A stretch of 36,374 nucleotides of DNA from the IMG/VR virus record IMGVR_UViG_3300032330_000037, positions 1 through 36,374 of that record, one strand, 5' to 3'. Positions 1 to 8,548 of this stretch are shown here, in pieces. Within the stretch, counting starts at the first letter, position 1. The number at the start of each line of letters is the position of its first letter. The stretch comes from a virus. Lineage: Duplodnaviria; Caudoviricetes. The notes under the pieces are model-generated. The model searched no databases. It worked only from the letters and a program-made list of their open reading frames with translations, and was not told the DNA's origin. The position numbers and the translations under genes were made by a program.

Positions 1-123
1 GCACAAACAACCAAACCAACAGCCACTTGTGCAGCAGTCAAAGTGGTGTCCGCAGTCAAAGATGCGGGAATAGTTTGGACAACAAGTTGTGCCTCAGTCA
101 GATTGCCGTCACCAATTTGGTAA
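1..123. repeat. Terminal direct repeat, left copy (circular assembly overlap)
   Basis: 1-123 (gcacaaacaacc...ccaatttggtaa) is identical to 36252-36374. It lies inside a coding region that reads through the join. Confidence 0.97.
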
Positions 124-149
124 CCGCCTGCGCCATTAGGGAGAGCCAT
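1..149 (-). CDS. 5' part of origin-spanning gene (135 aa total); probable capsid-associated/decoration protein
   Basis: ATG at 149 with AAGGA SD upstream. Reads MALPNGAGGYQIGDGNLTEAQLVVQTIPASLTADTT... and continues in frame into the 35993-ending ORF across the circular join. Directly downstream of the coat gene. Confidence 0.8.
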   Translation of the reverse strand, partial: MALPNGAGGYQIGDGNLTEAQLVVQTIPASLTADTTLTAAQVAVGLVVC

Positions 150-179
150 GATATTTTTCCTTCAAAAAAGATTTACTGA

Positions 180-1379
180 TTAACCCCACATACGGCAAGC
201 CATCTGCGGACGGATGGTGCTGTAACCGTAGAGAACGTCAATACGGCAAGGCATACGGTCGTTGTTGATGTCGTACTGACGAACAACGCGCAAGCTGATA
301 CCGTTGTGGACGGAACGCGCAGCCATGTCAACACCCTGGGGCAGCAACAAGTCAGCGGTAGCGAACGTGATTGCGTCCTTGTGGTAGATCAGATTCTGCG
401 GGTACTGGGTGCTTGCAGTGCCGGTGAACACGACGGCTTTGCTGTTGGCAGGCAAAGTCAGCATGGTCGCCAGAGCGTGCGAAGCCGAGTACATGGGTGC
501 AACGGTCACGGTAGCAGTGGTGGTGCTGGTCGAAGATGCCAAAGCCACAAACTGGAACAGCGAACCGGTGGACTCACGGGTTTGTGGGTTGACAGCGTAG
601 CAATCAGCGATTGTGAACACGTCGCCAACAGCAATGGTTTCGCTAGAGCCAACAGTCAGGGTCAAGGTAGACGAACCTTCGGAAGTCACAGCAGCGCCGG
701 TAGTGTTACCGGTAGCAGCGCGAGTGCCGGTGGTGTGTTGCTTGATGGACTGCGACATATTGACTTCATCAAAGCCCAGCACGCCAGTGCCCATCATGCC
801 GTTCTTGAACTGCTTGCTGATGGTGTCGGTGGGGTTGAACAAGCCTTTCATGCCTTCAACCAGACCAGCGTTGGCAGCGGGGTTAACCGTTGCGTAGCGG
901 GGCGACATCACGGCGGCGTTCTCGTTCAGCTTCTGCTGGGCTTGCAACAGCACCAAAGAAGTGGAAGGAGTGGTGCCGGGTGTGCCGACGCTGTTGCCGA
1001 TGGTTTTGTAAGCATTGGCAACGTCAGCGTCAATGCTGGAGGCCAACTGGCTGATACGCGGCTTGAGAACACGCTCTGCGAAATCGTCCAATTGCATGGT
1101 CAATTCAGCAGAAGTGAAGTTCACACCGATGTGCTTTTGGCTGGCAACGGACAGCGTGGTGTACTGCTCGTTGTCGTCCTGCACTTGCAGCGCAGCGCCG
1201 TCCGTGACCAAAGCGCGGTCAGGCAGGCGAATACGCAGGGTCGAACCAATCTTCGCACCTTCAACAGCGAAGCTGTCGTCGTACTGGCGGTTCACGTTAC
1301 GGGTGAGTACCAAGTTGTTCTCAAGAATTTCGAGAGCCTTCCGGGTAATCATGTCAATCGTTAGGGTGCTATTAGACAT
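180..1379 (-). CDS. Major capsid protein, P22 coat (gp5)-like
   Basis: 399 aa. N-term ITRKALEILENNL...KIGSTLRIRLP and C-term RIDVLYGY...RP typical of the P22 coat family. Follows portal and scaffold. Confidence 0.92.
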   Translation of the reverse strand: MSNSTLTIDMITRKALEILENNLVLTRNVNRQYDDSFAVEGAKIGSTLRIRLPDRALVTDGAALQVQDDNEQYTTLSVASQKHIGVNFTSAELTMQLDDFAERVLKPRISQLASSIDADVANAYKTIGNSVGTPGTTPSTSLVLLQAQQKLNENAAVMSPRYATVNPAANAGLVEGMKGLFNPTDTISKQFKNGMMGTGVLGFDEVNMSQSIKQHTTGTRAATGNTTGAAVTSEGSSTLTLTVGSSETIAVGDVFTIADCYAVNPQTRESTGSLFQFVALASSTSTTTATVTVAPMYSASHALATMLTLPANSKAVVFTGTASTQYPQNLIYHKDAITFATADLLLPQGVDMAARSVHNGISLRVVRQYDINNDRMPCRIDVLYGYSTIRPQMACRMWG

Positions 1380-1403
1380 GGAAAAAAGTCCTTTGAAAAA
1401 AAA

Positions 1404-2177
1404 TTAGCGAATAGCCTGCGCTTGCAACTTCTTTATCTGCCGTGCCCGTTCAGCTTCAATCCACTGCGAATCAGTCATGGTCTTAATAGACCGTGGATCC
1501 GTAGTGTCATAGGCCGGTGATCCAGTGGATCGGGCGGTAACAGGTGAAATCGGTGCTGGCGCTGACGATGTACGTTTTACGGGAGGGCTTGCGGCCAATT
1601 TGGCCTCAATCCGTCCAATTTCCTTTGCCTGACCGAGTGGCGTCAGTTTGGAAATGCGTTCCGCTTCCTTGGGGTTTGTGCCGAGGTGGTAAGCCAACTC
1701 AGGCCCAATCTCCGAGGATTGGATTGCTTCAGCCATCACGTTGGTAATCGGAAGTTTGGGGTTGTATGCGACTTGTTCAAAGTCTTCGTACTTACTCCGC
1801 GCTTCTTCTTCCTTCTCGTGGTAGCTTTCAAGAACTTGCGACTGTTGCTTTGCCGCCTCACGCTGTGCAATCAATTGCTCGGCCTTTTGATAGGCCAGTG
1901 CATCGGCGTAAGCCTCTGCACTTTCAAATTGATCTACAGACTGAACTGGCGCTGCTCTGAGAGTCTGCGTTTCCGCTTGTCTCTGCGCTTGTTCCCGTTC
2001 CCATTTCCTTTGCTCTCTTGCAAGGCGTTTGCCGATTGCAGCGTCCAATTCTTCCTGTGTGAAAGTCTTAGATTGCTGTTCTTCAGCTACTTCCGGCGCT
2101 TTAACTTCGGGTTCAGGTGCAGCCGTTGCCACCTGTTCCGGCGCGGGGTCAACTACCGCTAGGTTTTCTTCTGACAT
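1404..2177 (-). CDS. Capsid scaffolding protein
   Basis: Acidic, Ala/Glu/Gln-rich helical protein (FTQEELDAAIGKRLARE; ELAYHLG; EIGRIEAKL) immediately upstream of coat. Start could be 2177 or 2189. Confidence 0.8.
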   Translation of the reverse strand: MSEENLAVVDPAPEQVATAAPEPEVKAPEVAEEQQSKTFTQEELDAAIGKRLAREQRKWEREQAQRQAETQTLRAAPVQSVDQFESAEAYADALAYQKAEQLIAQREAAKQQSQVLESYHEKEEEARSKYEDFEQVAYNPKLPITNVMAEAIQSSEIGPELAYHLGTNPKEAERISKLTPLGQAKEIGRIEAKLAASPPVKRTSSAPAPISPVTARSTGSPAYDTTDPRSIKTMTDSQWIEAERARQIKKLQAQAIR

Positions 2178-2225
2178 TTGTGATTCCATAGAATCCCTGG
2201 TGAACGCACCAGTACGGTTTTTGGG

Positions 2226-2492
2226 TTATTCGTAAGCTACCGTAAAGGCAGATGTGCCACCCAGCACAATATACAGGCCGCTATTGAAAAACAATCCCGC
2301 AGGAATGTTCACATATGTGGTGCCAGCCGACACGCTAAACGTATCGACAACTTTGGGGTCGCTGGTGCTGGACGCTTGCGAATCATAGATGGTGAGCGTG
2401 CCGCTGCTGGACGACGACACAAAAATTCCGAACAATTTGCCTGCGCCGACCTTGACTTGCTTGGTGGCCGACAGTTGCATATAGTTTGCCAT
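2226..2492 (-). CDS. Small beta-rich protein in head module (hypothetical, possibly virion)
   Basis: 88 aa, AAGGA SD, co-oriented between portal and scaffold. Confidence 0.7.
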   Translation of the reverse strand: MANYMQLSATKQVKVGAGKLFGIFVSSSSSGTLTIYDSQASSTSDPKVVDTFSVSAGTTYVNIPAGLFFNSGLYIVLGGTSAFTVAYE

Positions 2493-2501
2493 GATGTTTC
2501 C

Positions 2502-2864
2502 TTATGCCAAAAAGCGTAGTTTATACAGGGTACGCAGATAAATTTCAATGATATTGTCAATCAACTGCTGCAAGGACATATCCGTTTTGTCCACAACTTG
2601 GTAACGGGCTTTTTCAATTTCATCCAATTGGCCTTGCAGAAAATCAATAATATTCGCCGTTTTGGTGGCCGAATGCAGCGTAATCGGCCCAATTAAACCG
2701 TGACGGCCTTGGTAGGCTTCGGCAAAATCGTCTGCCGCGTCAATGATGCGGTCATAGAAAATATTGAGCGCAACGTGCTTAGAATAGCTGCGCGTGTTCA
2801 GATGGACGCTATGCGTTACATCACGGGCTAGGAATAGCATTCCTACAAAATCTGCTGCTTTCAT
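2502..2864 (-). CDS. Ferritin/Dps-like four-helix-bundle protein (DUF5856-like)
   Basis: HSVHLN...SKHVAL..FYD.....DDFAE matches the Dps H..H..D/E ferroxidase-centre spacing. ATGA overlap with the upstream gene. Confidence 0.72.
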   Translation of the reverse strand: MKAADFVGMLFLARDVTHSVHLNTRSYSKHVALNIFYDRIIDAADDFAEAYQGRHGLIGPITLHSATKTANIIDFLQGQLDEIEKARYQVVDKTDMSLQQLIDNIIEIYLRTLYKLRFLA

Positions 2865-3367
2865 TGTGGCATTCCTTCAGACGCAAAAGCGCCATGATAT
2901 TTTTGTCTTGCTGCCATAACCGCAGCCACGGCGTCTTGCATTTCTGCAAAACGCCCAAGATTTACGCATTGCTTATTAGCATACACACGCGCCACCCATT
3001 TGCGTTTATTTTTGCACCAAGTTACACCTTTGACGCCAGATGTATTGTCTGGTCGCATTTTGCAATTGTAGGCGTTCTCAGCGCGTGTGGCGCTACGCAA
3101 ATTTTCAATTCTGTTGTCTGATGTGTTTTGATTGATGTGGTCAATTATTTGTGGCATCCAACCACGATGATACAAATACACTAGCCTATGTGTTCGATAC
3201 GCACGATAATTAATCATTACTTGCCGGTAACCATCTGTTTTACGAATTGTGCCAGCTTCATTGCCAATCACGGTTTTTCGTGATGTTTTCTTACGCCAAA
3301 ACAGTTTTCCGTCAACGTAAGAAAACATTTCAAGCACCTGCGCTTGGGTTAGGTTGCATTGGTTCAT
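2861..3367 (-). CDS. HNH homing endonuclease with C-terminal AP2-like DNA-binding domain
   Basis: HRLVYLYH...IDHINQNTSDNRIENLR...EN (HNH_3) followed by NTSGVKGV.W....KWVARV......LGRF (AP2). ATG 3367 with AGGAG SD at 3375-3379. Visibly more AT-rich than flanks. Confidence 0.9.
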   Translation of the reverse strand: MNQCNLTQAQVLEMFSYVDGKLFWRKKTSRKTVIGNEAGTIRKTDGYRQVMINYRAYRTHRLVYLYHRGWMPQIIDHINQNTSDNRIENLRSATRAENAYNCKMRPDNTSGVKGVTWCKNKRKWVARVYANKQCVNLGRFAEMQDAVAAVMAARQKYHGAFASEGMPQ

Positions 3368-5531
3368 AAGACAACTCCTGAGGTTCGTTTTCAGGTATGT
3401 TATCACGAATTCCCAAATTTTGCCCGGCTGAAACAATGTCACCTGTAGCCATTGCTGCGTGCAATGTGCCCATCACAATGTCGTGAATTTGTTCTTCACC
3501 TAAGCTATTCTGCACGGCAGAAATCCGCTGAGTCTCGGCCTGGTACGCTTTCACCTGCGCCTCAAAGTCTTTGCGGTGCATATCCTGCGCCTCAATGGAC
3601 TTGCCAGCGTTAATAATCATCTGGTGCATCTGCTCCATTTCTTGGCCCATCGCCTGGATTTGCTGCTCGGCGGCCTGCAACTCGGGCGGCTTGTCGCCGT
3701 CCTGCATCAGTTTGGGGTCAATCGTCTTAGCAAAGCGTTTAGCCATCTCTTGGGCACCAGGCCAGTCCATGTTCTTTACAAACAGGTCGCCCGCCACTTG
3801 CCATAGCTGCGGGTTGCCTTGCAGCAACTGCGCCATAGCTTCCAGCGCCTCTTGGCGCTTGGTAGCGTAGCCTGGGCCGGTGGTGACCACCACGTCGTAC
3901 TTGCCGACAGACGGGTTGTAAATCTTGTCAATGACCACGCCCTGCTGGTCAACAATCTTTTTTACTGGTTCGGCTTGCGTCGGGTCAATCTTGACCATAT
4001 CGGTTTCGCCGTCTTCGCCGATGATTCGCGCCACGCGCTGCGTGTCGTAAATCTTCGGAATCAGGTCAACCAATTGGCGGGTGATGTGCCGCACGCCACG
4101 GGCAAGGTTGTCGCCGTAATGGTAAGTGCCAACATCGCCTTCACGCTGACGCGCAAGAATAGCCTTGCCGCTGCGCTCGTTGGATGTCATGCCCAGAGAA
4201 GCGTTGTACTGGCCGGTGGACGCTTTAATGTCCTCGGACGCGCCAGCTTTGGCCTGCAACAGCCCGCTGGAGGCCATCGGCGGCTGGGCGCGGGCGGGCA
4301 ATGGCAAAACGCTGCCAGAACCGTCGGTTACGTCAGGATTAACCTCCAAATACGGCCAATTTGTCGTGTTTGCGGTTTTCCACTGGTTCTCGTAGCCCTC
4401 AAATTGGCCGCCGTAGCCAATAAATGGCGCTTTCGGGGCCAAAGCCAGCATTTCTGCCTCTTGGGACACCCAATAGTTGTACATTCGTTGCGCGTCTTTG
4501 GCATTTCGCACAAGACCTGACACATACAAACGCCCATCAACCTCAAATTCGTTGCCGACAATGCGAACCACGGGGATGTACTTGCCCGCCCACTCGCGTT
4601 CTTCCAAGATTTCGTAGCCGTTAATCTTGCAATACTTGATTTTCTGTCGGTCGGACTTGCGTTTTTTAATTGGCTTGTCAAAATGGTCTTTTAGCAGCTT
4701 GTCTTCGGGCGAACCCTCAAACGCCGTGACGTTCCCAGGGTATAGATTCAGCGTTGCGCGGTCGTAATCAACGTAGTAGTAGTCCGCAATGCGGATGGTG
4801 TCCTCATTCAGCCACTGCGACAGGTTCTGGTCGCCCACACCCAGCGACTGCAAGGTCGTGATGGGCGCTGAATTCGGGTACATCCGAACGTAATCTTCTT
4901 TGGTAATGTCCTCGGTGATAAAACACCACTTGGCATCAGACCCGCACGGGTCTTGAATCGTGGGATCCATGTAGACGCTAAAGCTGTTGCGAATGCGCCC
5001 AATCTTGATGTCTTGGTCAAACGTATCCGCGTCGCAGTATTCCGTCAGGATGCGGATGTAACCTTCGCCGTAAGAGACTTGGTTCTCGCAGGCGGTGTCG
5101 TAGGCAACGTCTGCGTCCGAGATGTACTCAATGTGCCTGACCATGCCGTTGAAGACTTCTGCGACATCAATGTCGGCTTTGTCATCGGCTGGAATAACCT
5201 TGCCACTTGGGCGGTTTTGGCGTTGGTCATTGGTCACTTGCCGAACGTGCTGCGGCAGTTTGTTGATGGTCAAGCATGGACGGGCGTTGATGGTCTGCCC
5301 TTGGACAGCACCGCGAGTAGCCAGCACATCGGCAGGCCACTGCCAATGGTTGTCAGGCGAACCGGCGTAAAACTTTAGGTCGTCAATCTCGTCCTCGCGG
5401 GACTCAGACAAAGCGCCAATCGCCATATCCAAACGGCTGCGGGCAGTCGCCAAAATATTGGCCGTGGTGTCCTTCTGACCGCCGCCGTTGGATACCGCGC
5501 CTGCGGCGGCAATGCCGGTGTAATCAGCCAT
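3330..5531 (-). CDS. Portal protein, P22 gp1-like
   Basis: 733 aa. RPCLTINKL, GLVRNAKDAQRMYNYW, SGKAILARQ..G, YDVVVTTGPGYATKRQE motifs and a C-terminal coiled-coil barrel. Confidence 0.93.
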   Translation of the reverse strand: MADYTGIAAAGAVSNGGGQKDTTANILATARSRLDMAIGALSESREDEIDDLKFYAGSPDNHWQWPADVLATRGAVQGQTINARPCLTINKLPQHVRQVTNDQRQNRPSGKVIPADDKADIDVAEVFNGMVRHIEYISDADVAYDTACENQVSYGEGYIRILTEYCDADTFDQDIKIGRIRNSFSVYMDPTIQDPCGSDAKWCFITEDITKEDYVRMYPNSAPITTLQSLGVGDQNLSQWLNEDTIRIADYYYVDYDRATLNLYPGNVTAFEGSPEDKLLKDHFDKPIKKRKSDRQKIKYCKINGYEILEEREWAGKYIPVVRIVGNEFEVDGRLYVSGLVRNAKDAQRMYNYWVSQEAEMLALAPKAPFIGYGGQFEGYENQWKTANTTNWPYLEVNPDVTDGSGSVLPLPARAQPPMASSGLLQAKAGASEDIKASTGQYNASLGMTSNERSGKAILARQREGDVGTYHYGDNLARGVRHITRQLVDLIPKIYDTQRVARIIGEDGETDMVKIDPTQAEPVKKIVDQQGVVIDKIYNPSVGKYDVVVTTGPGYATKRQEALEAMAQLLQGNPQLWQVAGDLFVKNMDWPGAQEMAKRFAKTIDPKLMQDGDKPPELQAAEQQIQAMGQEMEQMHQMIINAGKSIEAQDMHRKDFEAQVKAYQAETQRISAVQNSLGEEQIHDIVMGTLHAAMATGDIVSAGQNLGIRDNIPENEPQELSYEPMQPNPSAGA

Positions 5532-5680
5532 TACTTTTTACCTTTAGGCATAGGTTTCTGCGCCGCGCGTTTAACTGCGTATGCGATTGCAACACTTTGA
5601 GCCACCGGCTTACCGGCGGCCACTTCAGCTTTCACGTTAGCGCGAAAGGCTTTAGGTGTGGTGGATTTCACTAACGGCAT
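5531..5680 (-). CDS. Small basic protein between TerL and portal
   Basis: 49 aa MPLVKSTTPKAFRANVKAEVAAGKP..Q.VAIAY. Starts 1 nt after the TerL stop; its stop overlaps the portal ATG. Confidence 0.75.
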   Translation of the reverse strand: MPLVKSTTPKAFRANVKAEVAAGKPVAQSVAIAYAVKRAAQKPMPKGKK

Positions 5681-5681
5681 A

Positions 5682-7205
5682 CTAAGCCCCCATCCATGAT
5701 GTAGTAACGCCGCCATTCTGCGCGTTCACGCGGCGGGTCGGTTCAACATACTGACGATGCGCCACGGGAAAAGCAAAAGTAACGGCAATTGCGTCTGCCG
5801 CATCAGGTGAAGCCAATCCTCTTGCACGCATCTCTTTTTTCCCCTCTAGGAAAATAGTACCTGACGAATTCGGTTTCTTCATAGGCCCTGTCAGGTCAGC
5901 CTTAAGCTGCCTGTCTGTGGGAATACTAGCAGATTTTAGCCAGTTCCTCATATCGTTCCACATTTCGGCACGTTTATTGCCAAACGCAATGGAGTGTTTC
6001 GCCTTAGAACCAAAGTTTACGCCGCGCACTTTATACCGCTGCTCGGTCAACCTATCCAGTATCCCGTAGCCCAGCCCGCCCTCGTCAATCACTGTCAAAA
6101 CAGGCTTGTATTCCTCCATCGCCTCAATGACGCGCCCGACAATCGTCATGGTGTCCTCGCCCTGATATCGCTTAATCGCCACAATGTCCCGCCCCTGCCG
6201 TACCGCGATAACGGTTGAATCCGCGCCGCCTCGGGCTGGGTCAACGCCCATCACGATTGGCGCGGACAAATCCTTGTACTTCGGACGCTTGGCAGCATCG
6301 TCCACCAGCATCCCCGAAATGAACTGGTCTTCGCCAGCGGACGGGAATTCACCGTACACCTCAACCTTGGCCTGCGCTGAATCCTCGCCGTACTCTTGAA
6401 TAATCTGCTCGTAAATGGCTTTATCGGTGTCCTCCACCGTCCTAGCATCTACGCAGCGCGTGTTCCAAAAATCCCGCTTGGCGTTAAAACACTCAAAGAA
6501 ATATCCCTCGTTGCGCCGAGGATTGGAAAACGCAAACCAATACCTGTCAGGCGTGTTCTCCGTAAAGAATCCAGCGCCCACCTCCCAAATAGGATTCACA
6601 ATACCGCTGGCCTCATCGAAAATCAGCATCATGCCGTCTTGGTTATGCACACCAGCGTAAGAATCAGGATTCTCAGCAGACCACAGCTTACCCTCGCAAG
6701 CCCAATAGCGCGTGCCCTTCTTCAAGTCACGCTCAACCAGTTCCGTCAACCAATTCGCGGGCACCAGCTTGGTGGCGCTTATCTCCCACCAGTGCGAGTT
6801 AATCAGCATGGCCGCCCACTTCGTTAACTCTGCCCAGGTGACCGAACGCAACTGATTCTCGCTGTTGGCGCTTACCACTACGCTGCCGCCTATGCGCGTT
6901 GTCAGCATCCACAAAATCAGCCAACTCACCAATGCCGACTTGCCGATACCGCGACCAGATGACACCGCCATTCGCACGGTGTCAAAGTTAATCAAACCCT
7001 TCTGCTTCTTGATGTGAGCCGTGATGTCCCTTAGCACCTCGCGCTGCCACTTGCGCGGGCCTGTGAACCGTTCTAGCGGTGTGTTCTTTACGCCCCAAGG
7101 AAATGCAAACCTTACAAACGCTTCTAGGTCATCAGCAATTGCCGGTGACCATAGTTCCGTCATCAGCTTCTGTTCTTCCTCGCCTTTGTAAATCGGGAGT
7201 TGCAT
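5682..7205 (-). CDS. terL: Terminase large subunit
   Basis: Walker A SGRGIGKS, Walker B LIFDEASG, coupling motif FSNP, RNase H-like GVDPARGGAD and SPDAADA. Confidence 0.95.
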   Translation of the reverse strand: MQLPIYKGEEEQKLMTELWSPAIADDLEAFVRFAFPWGVKNTPLERFTGPRKWQREVLRDITAHIKKQKGLINFDTVRMAVSSGRGIGKSALVSWLILWMLTTRIGGSVVVSANSENQLRSVTWAELTKWAAMLINSHWWEISATKLVPANWLTELVERDLKKGTRYWACEGKLWSAENPDSYAGVHNQDGMMLIFDEASGIVNPIWEVGAGFFTENTPDRYWFAFSNPRRNEGYFFECFNAKRDFWNTRCVDARTVEDTDKAIYEQIIQEYGEDSAQAKVEVYGEFPSAGEDQFISGMLVDDAAKRPKYKDLSAPIVMGVDPARGGADSTVIAVRQGRDIVAIKRYQGEDTMTIVGRVIEAMEEYKPVLTVIDEGGLGYGILDRLTEQRYKVRGVNFGSKAKHSIAFGNKRAEMWNDMRNWLKSASIPTDRQLKADLTGPMKKPNSSGTIFLEGKKEMRARGLASPDAADAIAVTFAFPVAHRQYVEPTRRVNAQNGGVTTSWMGA

Positions 7206-8360
7206 TTATTTTTTGCGTTTCTTTTTCAGAGTTTCGTTGATGTTGTCAATTTGGTCGGCAACAGACAAAGGTGCCGCCAACAAGTCAGGTGCTGCGACTC
7301 CCATTGCTGCTGCCGTCGCAGCGGTTTTGCGAAATGGGTCAAAGGCGGCAAAGCGTGAGCGTATGTTTTCTGGCGGCACTATGTAGCTAACACTCCCCTT
7401 GCCTTCAACTTCGTTGTAGTAAGGAATGCTCGTATAACCTTGATCCTCAAATAGCTTTTTACGCAATCCGGCATTCATGTCTTGGTAAGTCATCTTACCG
7501 CCTTGAATATCAGACCAGTTATGCCCACCCTGTTGGCGTAAAAAAGCACTTAAATCATCTTCACCCCAAGGCATACCATTTTGATTCATCATGGGTCTGT
7601 CACCCAAAATTGTTACTGGATATGTCGTCCCTTTAATTTGATCTGTAGTGGCAGTCGTATTTCTAAACCTATCCATTGCTGCTTGTGGTGTCCCAACATG
7701 AGTGCCAACAGCATCAAAAGGTGCTGTGGCATATTGACCAGAATCTAGCGTTGTGTAGTCGCCACCAGTTCTAGAAAAATGCACCATGTCTTTACCGCCC
7801 ATCGCCTTGGCTCTATCCATTGCCGTGTTGGTAGCTGGCAATCCCAAACCGCCCTGCTCAACTGGCAATGCAGCCCTTTGCTGGGCAAGCCGCATAGCTT
7901 CAGCTTGAGGATAGGTTTCGCCAACCGCCTTAATGCTTGCCCCTACAGGCAAATCCTGACCAGCACGAATAACCGCGGGCAAAACCTTTGGCGCAACCAG
8001 ATTACCCACAACATTCTGACCAAGGCTTGCCGCAATGTTCTCCGTGTATTGCGCCTGCGGCCCAGCGCCAAAGCTGGACAGAGACGGCAGCATCGCCCTA
8101 ACCCTATCCGATGTGGGTAGCAACGCCTGCGCTGCCATGTTCTTTGCCGTGTAGCTATCAGGGGCTGCGCCGGACAGCAGTAGCTGCCTCGCCAATTGCT
8201 CAATGTCTCCAGGCATCCCAGCAACCGCTGCCGCTGTGCCTTTCGCTGCGCCATACAGCATTGGGCCTAAGCCCTGCGTAAACGCATTAACCACATCTTG
8301 GCCTGGATACGCAAGCCTGTTTTGTGGCCGCGCTGCGAGTGCGTTATATCCTGACGGCAT
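7206..8360 (-). CDS. Probable virion-delivered protein with ADP-ribosyltransferase-like (ART-PolyVal-type) domain
   Basis: 384 aa. Ala/Gly-rich N-term, then MVHFS...GTHVGT.QAA..R...TYPVTI...GYTSIPYYNEVEG..S.SYIV.PENIRSRFAAFDP, resembling phage polyvalent-protein ART domains. Function inferred. Confidence 0.55.
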   Translation of the reverse strand: MPSGYNALAARPQNRLAYPGQDVVNAFTQGLGPMLYGAAKGTAAAVAGMPGDIEQLARQLLLSGAAPDSYTAKNMAAQALLPTSDRVRAMLPSLSSFGAGPQAQYTENIAASLGQNVVGNLVAPKVLPAVIRAGQDLPVGASIKAVGETYPQAEAMRLAQQRAALPVEQGGLGLPATNTAMDRAKAMGGKDMVHFSRTGGDYTTLDSGQYATAPFDAVGTHVGTPQAAMDRFRNTTATTDQIKGTTYPVTILGDRPMMNQNGMPWGEDDLSAFLRQQGGHNWSDIQGGKMTYQDMNAGLRKKLFEDQGYTSIPYYNEVEGKGSVSYIVPPENIRSRFAAFDPFRKTAATAAAMGVAAPDLLAAPLSVADQIDNINETLKKKRKK

Positions 8361-8392
8361 AGTGCGTGGAGGGTAGTGGGGGACGTGGCGCG

Positions 8393-8418
8393 GTTATAGC
8401 ATAAAAAAAATAAAAATT
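8393..8418 (-). promoter_or_regulatory. Putative extended -10 promoter for the packaging/head operon
   Basis: Minus strand TGCTATAAC (8401-8393) preceded by a T-rich tract, ~33 nt upstream of the ATG at 8360. Confidence 0.5.
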
Positions 8419-8548
8419 GTTCGTGAAGCCACCGTTTCTGTGGCCCTTCGCCGTCGGCCCTACCCCCCCCCCTCCGGGCGGCGGGCGGGGCACGGCCAGC
8501 GCGGCCACGCAGGCGCTGGTCGGGACGCGCATCATGCATAGCATCAGA

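Noticed and set aside
1-123. 123-bp terminal repeat as a biological fixed DTR
   Set aside because: It falls mid-gene and P22-like phages are typically circularly permuted; more likely an assembler overlap.
306-1364. 352-aa plus-strand ORF antisense to the coat gene
   Set aside because: Shadow ORF from codon bias, with no recognisable motifs. The same applies to most plus-strand ORFs outside 16282-17787.
2861-3367. HNH gene as part of a group I intron or intein
   Set aside because: Portal and the downstream gene are intact ORFs and there is no non-coding room for an intron core.
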